From an uncultured Candidatus Peribacteria bacterium (GTDB lineage: Bacteria > Patescibacteriota > Gracilibacteria > Peribacterales > Peribacteraceae), in assembly GCA_964635215.1 (NCBI GenBank), contig CAZWNJ010000001.1, forward strand, positions 254,741 to 318,740: a stretch of 64,000 bases of DNA, written 5' to 3'. A model generated the notes under the pieces. It saw only the letters and a list, made by a program, of their open reading frames with translations. It was not told the origin of the DNA and did not search any database. Positions 27,160-35,488 of this stretch are shown here, in pieces (position 1 is the first letter of the stretch; each line of letters begins with the position of its first letter). The position numbers were made by a program, and so were the translations under genes.

Positions 27160-27471
27160 ATGCCCGTCAAACGCGCCCACCTCAACGACTTCGCCAAGCT
27201 CCTGGCCTCGGTCCGGACATCGGCCGAGAGTGCCCGGCTCTTGGAAGATCTGCTGACGCCGCAGGAGCACGAGGAACTGGCCCGTCGGTGGCAGATCGTG
27301 CAGATGCTCTGGCGGCGTATGCCGCAGCGCGACATCGCCAAAAAGCTGAAGGTGAGCGTCAGTAAGATCACGCGCGGCTCGCGAGCGATGCAGTACGGAT
27401 CGGGCGGATTTGAACTCTTCTTGAAGCGCCTCAAAAAGCCGCGCACGCCGCCGCGCGGGATACGCTCATAA
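27160..27471 (+). CDS. TrpR-like YerC/YecD family DNA-binding protein
   Basis: LEDLLTPQEHEELARRWQIVQMLWRRMPQRDIAKKLKVSVSKITRGSRAMQYGSGGFELF closely follows the YerC/YecD pattern. Confidence 0.85.
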   Translation: MPVKRAHLNDFAKLLASVRTSAESARLLEDLLTPQEHEELARRWQIVQMLWRRMPQRDIAKKLKVSVSKITRGSRAMQYGSGGFELFLKRLKKPRTPPRGIRS

Positions 27472-27588
27472 CCGACGCGGGTGATGCAATAACCTGGGTA
27501 TTCCTTGGGGCTACTTTGGCCTAATTTGACATACCCCACCTTAGGTATCCCGCTATCCTTTTGGGGCGTTTTCTGCTATTCTGTACAG

Positions 27589-27906
27589 ATGGCACAAACT
27601 CTCCTTGTCCTTCTTCAGAACTCCCACTCCCTTTCGGACGCGGATAAACAGAGGCTCTCGGAGCAACTGCCGCTGATGACAGTCGAAGAGCAGCAGTCTT
27701 TGGAGGGCGCGCTGATGAAAGAGGCTGCCAGAGTGAAACAAATCGAAGATCAACACCAAAGCCAGTCGCACATCTTGAATGAGGAATACGAGCGGACAGT
27801 ATCGGACTTCAAAACGCATACCCTCAAAACCATCCGCAGCTCCACCGAACAGAACAAGCGCACGGAAGAGATGCAAAAAATAGACGAGGCGCTTAACTCT
27901 GCCTGA
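27589..27906 (+). CDS. hypothetical coiled-coil protein (low-GC island)
   Basis: 105-aa Gln/Glu-rich helical ORF with an ATG at 27589. It is co-oriented with the 942-aa gene and ends 20 nt before it. The ORF-track start 27505 adds a hydrophobic extension that I consider less likely. Confidence 0.5.
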   Translation: MAQTLLVLLQNSHSLSDADKQRLSEQLPLMTVEEQQSLEGALMKEAARVKQIEDQHQSQSHILNEEYERTVSDFKTHTLKTIRSSTEQNKRTEEMQKIDEALNSA

Positions 27907-27926
27907 CGTGCCTACGGCGCTCTGCT

Positions 27927-30755
27927 ATGGAAAATCGAGACATCACCCCTGGCGAAGTGAAAGAAACCGCGCAATCGGAGGTGAAACCGGATAAGGAGAA
28001 GAAGCCGGATGCCAAGCCCATTGACGGCGCGCGGGTGCGTAATGACGTGGCAGAAGTGCTTAGTAAATTGGACTATCTGCAGCGCGACGTTCAGGAGGAT
28101 GTCGTGAAGGATTTTCGGGCCAAACTGGATGCTATCCGTCAAAAATTCCAAAAACTCGATGAGACAAAAGTGGATGCCCTACGCGAGTTGGAGAAAGAGA
28201 TGTACAAAGAATTCAGTCCGTTTCTTAAGAAAGCCGCCCAATCGCAGTTGAGCAAGTGCAAGAACATTCAGAAGGTGACATTTGAGAAGAGGGGGATGAA
28301 CTTTACATTCGGTGGCCAAACGATGTCAGCCGAGCTGACCGATCTTTATGAAATTCGATCGGTGCAAATCCTCGGCGCGACGGTGCGATTTCAGAAGCCA
28401 GTGCAGCTGAAAGACTTTGACAATCGTATGGGTAATAATTTATTGGCATCGCTCCAGCTCATCGCTAAACGCTTTGATCCGAAGGGAATGGAGATTCTTG
28501 CTACGGAATTGTGGTACGAATTCACGGCAAAGGACGATGGCAAAGAGAGGCAGTTTGTCGCTACTCCGCAGGATGTCCTCGAGGTGACGCAGGTACCAAC
28601 AGCTGAGAAAGTCCAGGAATGGAGAAATGCTCTAAAGGATTTGAATGCCATCCAAAAGCGTATGGAGGAGACTGAGCGGTCCATGCGAGAGGCGTTCAAA
28701 GACACGGACGTGATGATAAAAATGCAGATAAATGGGACATCCGGCATCGACGTGAGCAAGTTCACTCCAGAACAGAAGAAGATCTGGGATGCGTTTCAGG
28801 CACTCCGAAAAGAATTCGGTGTTGCCGCAGAGAAGGAGCGTTCGCTGCGTCGCGAGTGTGGTACACGTATGTTGAAAACCAAAGACGGCACTCAAGTTCG
28901 TGAGGAAAGTGATCCTGAGTGGAAATTTAGTTTCCAATGGGTCTATCTCAACAAGGACGGCAAAGAACAAACGCGGCTTTCTTGGTCAGGCTTTCGGTAT
29001 AGGGGGAAAACGGAGTACGAGTATGAAAAGGGAGAGCCAGTACGGCAGACGTATTTCAGCGAAACTGGTCAGCCGGAATACATGAGGGATTTTCGCTCGG
29101 GGACGTCAGATATCTATGACAAGAAGGGGAAGAAATCATATCGCGAACTTTTTGATTTGGAGAAGCCCGATATTCGCATCGGAACACAAATGTACGATGC
29201 CGAAGGCAGGCTGATGGACGAGAGGGCGTTGCAGGCCATGACTCCTGCGCAAATTGAGGCATTCTTCCTTCCGCTGTTAGCGCAGGAGGATTTTCGCGCG
29301 CAAAGAGTAGCCATTGATGCGTGTTATACGGCAGCAAAGTACATCATCAAGTGTCCTCGTGGTGAAGAAATTATGCGCAGAGTTGTACTCAGCAGCACAT
29401 TGGTAGCCTTCGAAGAGTTCACGAAGTACAAGGATGCGCCGTATGCCGTGAAACTGCTGGAGGAGGCCGCATACCAGATCGAGGATAAGGAAGTTGTAAC
29501 GAGAATGGTGAATGATGCCACGAAAGTGCCAGGACTCTCAGAGGGCGATAAAAAGCGCATTATTGCAATGGCCGGGAGAAAGAAAGTGAATACACCGCTC
29601 GCCGAAAAACTCCTATCAATTGATCAACAGCCACAGCGAGCGCGGTTGCTGGAAGATCCCGGTTTGAGAGACTGGTCTGAGGTAAAGGAAGAATGGATCG
29701 ATTGGAGGAAGCTGAAATCTCCGGCGAGCGGCGAGAAGCAAGCAGCGGTATGGAAATTACAAATGCGGGCGATGATCGCTAGAAATCTCTATTTCCAGAA
29801 TCTAGAAGTGAACGAGGCGAACGTGAAAAAGGAATTCTTGCGGATCGTTGAGACGAGGGAAAAATATTCTACGCTGAAGGTGTTTAAAGGCAGGAATGTT
29901 CTGCATGCTGCACACACCGAATTGATCCGAGATGTTAAAAAGCTTGATGGCAAGCTCTTCACCGATGAGCAATATCAAGAATGGGAGAAGGCATCCGAAG
30001 ATCCACATCGCTTTGGGAAAAAGGGAACCCAGGACGCGATCAAAAAACAGCAAGATGGAGAAGGTACCTATGAAATGCTTCGTCCCGCAAAAAATCTAGA
30101 AGCTCTGCAGAAGGCCAAGGAGGATATTCTGCAGAAAATAAAAACCATGGGGCCGCCTTCAACGTTTATTTTTGATGGGCATGGCGGACCAGATGCGTGG
30201 TATTTGTCTGATGGCACCGTTTCTGGAACGGCGAAGGCTGGTACTGTGAATGAGACAGATACAACAGTGAAAATTTCCGTAGAAGAACTGGCGCAAGCCT
30301 TAGTTGAAAGAGCAAAGAAATTTCCCCAATTACGAACAAATGATCCGAGCAAGAAAGATATATTCATCTTCGCCTGTTGTTATAACACCAATTTTATCCG
30401 CAGCCTGTATATGCAGATGGGTGATGCGCCAAAGCCAATTGCCCTGGGAGCGTCCGAGTATGGTCAGTATGGCTACTCCAAACTTGGCTCAATACATGGC
30501 AGCCGTTTCTTCTCCGAAATATTACAATTAGAGAAAAACAAAAAAACTCACATTAATCCTGTGAGTCCCTCGAGAAAACAGCTCATTATTCATGAAGCTG
30601 CGAAGCGACCAACCGTAATTTCCGATGTTTTTGAGAACGAATTTAGTGACGATTCCAATCCAAGTCTCTACATACCGGACGATAAGAACCTGCCTATGCA
30701 AATAACGAGGGATGATGGGGATCATGGCAATAGAGACAACACTCAGGGTGCATGA
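27927..30755 (+). CDS. large orphan protein with C-terminal clan CD (legumain/caspase-fold) cysteine peptidase-like domain
   Basis: 942 aa with an ATG start in a low-GC region. C-terminal STFIFDGHGGPDAWYL then, 65 aa later, DIFIFACCYNTNF matches the strand-His-Gly / strand-Ala-Cys dyad of family C13-like peptidases. The N-terminal 730 aa contain coiled coils and YD/MORN-like hairpins. No signal peptide. Confidence 0.8.
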   Translation: MENRDITPGEVKETAQSEVKPDKEKKPDAKPIDGARVRNDVAEVLSKLDYLQRDVQEDVVKDFRAKLDAIRQKFQKLDETKVDALRELEKEMYKEFSPFLKKAAQSQLSKCKNIQKVTFEKRGMNFTFGGQTMSAELTDLYEIRSVQILGATVRFQKPVQLKDFDNRMGNNLLASLQLIAKRFDPKGMEILATELWYEFTAKDDGKERQFVATPQDVLEVTQVPTAEKVQEWRNALKDLNAIQKRMEETERSMREAFKDTDVMIKMQINGTSGIDVSKFTPEQKKIWDAFQALRKEFGVAAEKERSLRRECGTRMLKTKDGTQVREESDPEWKFSFQWVYLNKDGKEQTRLSWSGFRYRGKTEYEYEKGEPVRQTYFSETGQPEYMRDFRSGTSDIYDKKGKKSYRELFDLEKPDIRIGTQMYDAEGRLMDERALQAMTPAQIEAFFLPLLAQEDFRAQRVAIDACYTAAKYIIKCPRGEEIMRRVVLSSTLVAFEEFTKYKDAPYAVKLLEEAAYQIEDKEVVTRMVNDATKVPGLSEGDKKRIIAMAGRKKVNTPLAEKLLSIDQQPQRARLLEDPGLRDWSEVKEEWIDWRKLKSPASGEKQAAVWKLQMRAMIARNLYFQNLEVNEANVKKEFLRIVETREKYSTLKVFKGRNVLHAAHTELIRDVKKLDGKLFTDEQYQEWEKASEDPHRFGKKGTQDAIKKQQDGEGTYEMLRPAKNLEALQKAKEDILQKIKTMGPPSTFIFDGHGGPDAWYLSDGTVSGTAKAGTVNETDTTVKISVEELAQALVERAKKFPQLRTNDPSKKDIFIFACCYNTNFIRSLYMQMGDAPKPIALGASEYGQYGYSKLGSIHGSRFFSEILQLEKNKKTHINPVSPSRKQLIIHEAAKRPTVISDVFENEFSDDSNPSLYIPDDKNLPMQITRDDGDHGNRDNTQGA

Positions 30756-30903
30756 AATCGTCCAGTGGCGACCCGACTCTCGGGAGTATGCAAAATATAA
30801 ACGCGAGTTCAATTTTGTGATTGGATTCTTCCCCTGAAGGAAGGCCAGTCTTTGAGCGCCGCACTGACTTCCGATGCACATTGCCGCGGCAAAGCCTTCG
30901 AGC

Positions 30904-30993
30904 TGGCGGAGAGGGGGGGATTCGAACCCCCGAGACCCTTGCAGGTCTACGCGCTTTCCAAGCGCGCGCACTAGGCCACTATGCGACCTCTCC
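30904..30993 (-). tRNA. tRNA-Ser (anticodon GGA), long variable arm, CCA encoded
   Basis: The reverse complement reads GGAGAGG TC GCA TAGTGGCCTAG TGC G CGCGC TTGGAAA GCGCG T AGACCTGCAAGGGTCT C GGGGG TTCGAAT CCCCC CCTCTCC G CCA. Confidence 0.9.
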
Positions 30994-31037
30994 AGCGGGC
31001 GGGAGTGTAGCAGACCACGCACCAGGACGGAATCTCG

Positions 31038-31505
31038 TCAATTGGCCGCTTCGGCCCCGAGCAGGGGCGCAAATTCCTGCAGCATCGCCACGACGTTGGG
31101 GGCGAGGAGGCAGGGCTGCGCGGCCGCCAGGGCTTGGAGTTCGGCGTAGGCGTACCAGCGGATCTTGCCGATCTTCTTTGGTTCGCGGCCTTCCTGCGGT
31201 TCGCCCCGGATGGCGCAGATGAGATTATGAACGATGAACTGACCCTCCTGCGACTCGGTTTCGAAGTCGGCCATGCGGCCGAGGATCTCGGCCTCGCAAC
31301 CGATTTCCTCCATGATCTCGCGCAGAATCGCGGCGATCAGGTCTTCGTCAGGCTCGACTTTGCCGCCGGGGAATTCCAGGCGGATGCCGTACTTGATGTT
31401 CTCCACCAGGAGGAGACATTGCTCGCGGATGATGATGGCGGCCACGAGAGAACGCCGCGGGCGCTCCACGGTACCATCAGGCGGGGGCGGTGATGCGAGG
31501 GCCAT
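31038..31505 (-). CDS. NUDIX hydrolase
   Basis: Nudix box GGKVEPDEDLIAAILREIMEEIGCE. Its start codon overlaps the rpmB stop (ATGA). Confidence 0.85.
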   Translation of the reverse strand: MALASPPPPDGTVERPRRSLVAAIIIREQCLLLVENIKYGIRLEFPGGKVEPDEDLIAAILREIMEEIGCEAEILGRMADFETESQEGQFIVHNLICAIRGEPQEGREPKKIGKIRWYAYAELQALAAAQPCLLAPNVVAMLQEFAPLLGAEAAN

Positions 31506-31714
31506 CAGACCTTCTTACCGGCCTGCAGTCTCTTCGCGAGCGTGCGGATGTAGCTCGTCGCGACCTTCATCGTCACGAACGTTCCGCTCTTCGGGTCGAA
31601 GACGCGCTTCTTCTGCACATTGGCCTTAAACGAGCGGCGGCCGGCGCGCAGCGAGTGGCTGCGGGTGTTGCCGTAAGCGGTTCCTTTGCCGGTTTTGGAG
31701 CAGCGATGAGCCAT
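31505..31714 (-). CDS. rpmB: 50S ribosomal protein L28
   Basis: MAHRCSKTGKGTAYGNTRSHSLRAGRRSFKANVQKKRVF is the classic L28 N-terminus. 69 aa starting at the ATG at 31714. Confidence 0.9.
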   Translation of the reverse strand: MAHRCSKTGKGTAYGNTRSHSLRAGRRSFKANVQKKRVFDPKSGTFVTMKVATSYIRTLAKRLQAGKKV

Positions 31715-31783
31715 TGGGACCAGGAGAGTAACGGCCTTTCCAGAAAACGTCAACTCATTCGGACATGCTCTTTGGAAGGCGCT

Positions 31784-32479
31784 ATGATGCCCCGCGTGCC
31801 CTTCATCCACTTCATCCAACCGACGTACCTTTTAGCCGCGCTGATCGCGATTACGGTCCATGAGGCCTCCCACGCCCTCGTGGCCAAACGCCTCGGCGAT
31901 CGCACGGCCGAACTCCTCGGCCGTCTGACGCTCAACCCGCTGGCGCACTTGGACCCGATCGGCAGCCTGATGTTCCTGCTCATCGGTTTTGGCTGGGCCA
32001 AACCCGTGCCGATTGACCCGCGGTATCTCTCCTCGCCCAAGCGCGATCTGGCCCTGATCTCGCTCGCCGGTCCGGTGAGTAACCTGCTCCTCGCCATCGT
32101 CGCCTTCGTTCTGCTTTCGGTGATCGCCCCGGCCTTCAGCCATGGGCAGATCGAACTGCTGCTCGCCGGAGCGCGCGGTAGCAATCCCTTCCTGACGGCG
32201 CTCGTACAGTTTTTGCAACAGTGCGTGACGGTGAACGTCCTCCTGATGGCCTTCAACCTGCTGCCCATCGCGCCGCTCGACGGCTCGAAGATCGTGCAGG
32301 CGTTCGTCCCGTGGCAGTACGCTGAGCAGTACGAGGAATTCATGCGGCGCGGGCCGATGATCCTGCTCGCCTTGCTCATCGCCGAGGATCTGCTCGGCAT
32401 CCCGCTCATCAGCCGCTGGGTCTTCTTCGTCGGCAATGCCGTCTTCCAATTGCTGCAGTTTTTGACGCCCTGGTGGTGA
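31784..32479 (+). CDS. site-2 protease family (M50) zinc metalloprotease
   Basis: The HExxH motif sits in a TM helix (AITVHEASHALVAKRLGD), followed by LNPLAHLDPIGS and LLPIAPLDGSKI. Starts at the ATG at 31784. Confidence 0.85.
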   Translation: MMPRVPFIHFIQPTYLLAALIAITVHEASHALVAKRLGDRTAELLGRLTLNPLAHLDPIGSLMFLLIGFGWAKPVPIDPRYLSSPKRDLALISLAGPVSNLLLAIVAFVLLSVIAPAFSHGQIELLLAGARGSNPFLTALVQFLQQCVTVNVLLMAFNLLPIAPLDGSKIVQAFVPWQYAEQYEEFMRRGPMILLALLIAEDLLGIPLISRWVFFVGNAVFQLLQFLTPWW

Positions 32480-32528
32480 CCGACCGGCAGATGCGCGGTT
32501 GTGTCATCTGCGCTACCCTTCCTTCGTT

Positions 32529-34916
32529 ATGCGCCTCCCCCTCTCTTGGCTCTCGGATTTCGTAGAATGGACGGTCGCCGACCCGGTGTTGATCGGCGAG
32601 CGGCTGAGCCTAGCGACGTCCGAAGTGGAGGAGATTGAGCAACAGGGCAAGTACCTGCGTGGTGTCTGTGTGGGCCGCATCGAGGCGCTCCTGCCGCACC
32701 CCAAGGCCGATCGTCTGCGGCTGGCCGACGTCCAGACCGACAAGGGTCTCAAGCGCGTCGTCTGCGGCGGCACGAATCTGCGCACGGGGATGCTCGTGGC
32801 CTTCGCGCACATCGGCGCTCGCGTCCGTTGGCATGGCAACGAGGAAGTGACGCTTGAGCCGGCCGTCATTCGCGGCGAGAAGAGTGAAGGAATGATCTGC
32901 GCCGCCGAAGAGCTGGGATTGGAAGCGCGTTTTCCTGCCGCTGCGAGCGACGGCGAGCGGCCAATCGTCGATTTGTCGCGCACGGATCTTGAGGTGGGTG
33001 CGGATCTGCAGAAGGCACTCGGCCTCGACGATGCCGTCTATATCATCTCCAACACCGCCATCACCCATCGCCCCGATCTCTTCTCGATTGTGGGCTTCGC
33101 GCGCGAGTGCATCGCCTTGGAATTGGGTCAGTGGAAGAAGACGCCGGAGACGAAGTTGCCGAAGTTCCCCAAGGGGAAGGGCGGCATCGACTGCGTCTGC
33201 GAAACGGATGCGATCACGCGTTACTTCTCGTGCGTGCTCGAGGTGTCGAGCCTCGGTCAGACGCCGGACTGGATGGTGCGCCGCCTGGAGGCGGCCGGCT
33301 GGCGACCGGTGAGTCTGCCGGTGGACATCACGAACTACGTTGCCACCGAGACGGGCATGCCGCTGCATAGCTTCGATCTTGATGACATCGAGGGCACGTT
33401 CCGTATGCGCGAGTCGCGCGCCGGCGAGACGATCGTTACACTCGACGGCATCGAGCGCACGCTGCCCGCGGGCGCGATCGTCATGAGTGATGATCTCGGC
33501 GTCTTCGACCTGCTTGGCATCATGGGTGGACAGCGCAGCTCCACGAAGGAGACAACGAAGCGCATCCTCCTGCACGCTGCCGTCGTGGACCCGCGTCCGA
33601 TCCGCCGTGCGATGCTGGCCACGGGCCACCGCACGGACGCCGGCACCGTCTACGAGAAGGGTATCCCCGACGAGGCCGCCGAGCGCGGCTTTGCCCGCGC
33701 GCTCGAGCTGATGCTTGCGCTCATCCCCGGCGCGACCATCGCCTCGCCGCTCCATTCCTTCGGCAAGCTCGGTCCGTCGCCGGCCATCCGCCTGTCGCTG
33801 CCGGCGCTAGAGTCGTTGCTTGGCATCAGCGTTCCTGCCCGCGACATCCGCCGCATCCTCAAAGACATCGAGTGCGCGGTCACGGGCAGCGGCGACACGC
33901 TCACCGTCCGTCCGCCGATGCACCGCCGCCGCGACCTGAAGACCGCGACCGACCTGGCCGAAGAGATCGGCCGCCTCTACGGTTACGAGAAAATCACTCC
34001 GACCCTGCCGCGCGCGCCGATCGGCGTGCCGAACCAGCCGCTTCGCCTGCACCGCCTGCGCGACGCCTTGGCCGCCCGGGGCGCCATGGAGGTCTGCCCG
34101 CTCTCGCTCGTGGGGCCGCTGCTCCTCAAGCGCGCCGGTATTGACCCGGCGGGTGCCACGCAGGTCAAAAACCCGCTCGGCGAAGACACCTCGCTCCACC
34201 ACCCGACGGGACTGCCAAGATTGCTCGAACACGCGGCCGGCATCCTGCCCGGGCGCTCCGCTCCGCTCTGGACCTTCCAGGCGGCCCACGTCAGCGGCCA
34301 CGGCCGCGCTGACGAAATCTTGGAACTGAGCACCGTCCTCTGTCATCCCGGTGCCGTCACGATGAAGGATCTACCCGTGTTGCAGCTCGGCGTCAGCCTG
34401 GAGGCACTCTGGGCCCGCGACGGCCAGACGCTCGTCCGCACGCCCGCGCTGGCCGTACCGGCCTGGGCTCATCCCGGCCGCGCCGCGGATCTGACGCTCG
34501 ATGGCCAGGTGATCGGCACGGTCGCCGAGCTCCATCCGCGCGTCATCGCTGCCTTCGGTCTGCCTGAACGATCGGCCGCCGCCCTCGTCAATCTGTCCGT
34601 GGGCCTGCGCGCGTCGCTTTTGCCACAGACCATCACACCCGTGCTGACGTTCCCGGCCATCGCCTACGACGTGACGGTGAAGGCCGACGCCCACGTGACG
34701 GTCGGTCCGATGCTCGCGCGCCTGAAGGCTGCAGATCCGCTCGTGGAGCGGGCCGAGGTGGCGGACCTGTACGTTGGGTCCGAGCACAAGGATGGCGCCT
34801 ACAACCTGACGCTGCGTCTGACCTACCGTGCCCCTGACCGCACGCTCGCCGAAGGCGACGTCCAGCCGCTGCACCAGCGTCTGGTCAAGGACGTGATCGC
34901 CCTCCCCGTCGTCTGA
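32529..34916 (+). CDS. pheT: phenylalanine--tRNA ligase beta subunit
   Basis: MRLPLSWLSDFVEW, then tRNA-binding, B3/4, B5 and FDX-ACB domains, about 795 aa. No pheS is adjacent. Confidence 0.93.
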   Translation: MRLPLSWLSDFVEWTVADPVLIGERLSLATSEVEEIEQQGKYLRGVCVGRIEALLPHPKADRLRLADVQTDKGLKRVVCGGTNLRTGMLVAFAHIGARVRWHGNEEVTLEPAVIRGEKSEGMICAAEELGLEARFPAAASDGERPIVDLSRTDLEVGADLQKALGLDDAVYIISNTAITHRPDLFSIVGFARECIALELGQWKKTPETKLPKFPKGKGGIDCVCETDAITRYFSCVLEVSSLGQTPDWMVRRLEAAGWRPVSLPVDITNYVATETGMPLHSFDLDDIEGTFRMRESRAGETIVTLDGIERTLPAGAIVMSDDLGVFDLLGIMGGQRSSTKETTKRILLHAAVVDPRPIRRAMLATGHRTDAGTVYEKGIPDEAAERGFARALELMLALIPGATIASPLHSFGKLGPSPAIRLSLPALESLLGISVPARDIRRILKDIECAVTGSGDTLTVRPPMHRRRDLKTATDLAEEIGRLYGYEKITPTLPRAPIGVPNQPLRLHRLRDALAARGAMEVCPLSLVGPLLLKRAGIDPAGATQVKNPLGEDTSLHHPTGLPRLLEHAAGILPGRSAPLWTFQAAHVSGHGRADEILELSTVLCHPGAVTMKDLPVLQLGVSLEALWARDGQTLVRTPALAVPAWAHPGRAADLTLDGQVIGTVAELHPRVIAAFGLPERSAAALVNLSVGLRASLLPQTITPVLTFPAIAYDVTVKADAHVTVGPMLARLKAADPLVERAEVADLYVGSEHKDGAYNLTLRLTYRAPDRTLAEGDVQPLHQRLVKDVIALPVV

Positions 34917-34918
34917 AC

Positions 34919-35464
34919 ATGACGAGCATCGTCACTAAGACCGGGGATAAGGGCGACACCGGGCTCTTCGGTGGTCATCGCACGGCGAAAGACTCGCCGC
35001 GCCTGCAGGCATACGGCACCGTCGATGAGTTGAATGCTAACTTGGGTGTGGCCCTCGCCGAGAATCCACCGGCCGAGATTGCCGGGCACTTGGATCGCCT
35101 TCAACACCTGCTTTTCCGGGCCGGAGCCGATCTGGCTACGCCGGCCGAGTCGCCGCTTCGTACCCACCGAATGCGCGATGAGGACATCACGATGCTTGAG
35201 GGCTGGGTCGATGCCCTAGAAGCGATACTGCCGCCTCAACAGGCCTTCATCTTGCCTGGTGGAACCAAGGCCTCGGCCGCGCTCCACGTCTGTCGCACCG
35301 TCTGCCGCCGCGCCGAACGCGAAATTGTGACGCTCTCCCGGCTCGAACCGCTCGAACCGAACGTCATCATCTTCTTCAACCGCCTGGGCGACTACCTCTT
35401 TTTGGCTGCCCGGCAGTGCAATACGGCCACCGGCCACCCCGACACGATCGTCCGTTACGAGTGA
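34919..35464 (+). CDS. ATP:cob(I)alamin adenosyltransferase, PduO type
   Basis: TKTGDKGDTGLFGGHRTAKDSPRLQAYGTVDELNANLG and FILPGG motifs. Confidence 0.88.
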   Translation: MTSIVTKTGDKGDTGLFGGHRTAKDSPRLQAYGTVDELNANLGVALAENPPAEIAGHLDRLQHLLFRAGADLATPAESPLRTHRMRDEDITMLEGWVDALEAILPPQQAFILPGGTKASAALHVCRTVCRRAEREIVTLSRLEPLEPNVIIFFNRLGDYLFLAARQCNTATGHPDTIVRYE

Positions 35465-35488
35465 CGGGAGACCCGGTATGATGGGTCC

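Noticed and set aside
27400-27700. att-site direct repeat or integrase remnant that would define the low-GC island as a classical integrative element.
   Set aside because: By eye there is no copy of the tRNA-Ser 3' segment at the left boundary and no recombinase-like ORF. The island call rests on composition and tRNA adjacency only.
30528-31022. 164-aa minus-strand ORF spanning the end of the island.
   Set aside because: It runs straight through the tRNA-Ser gene and the 3' end of the 942-aa gene. No start context or motif supports it.
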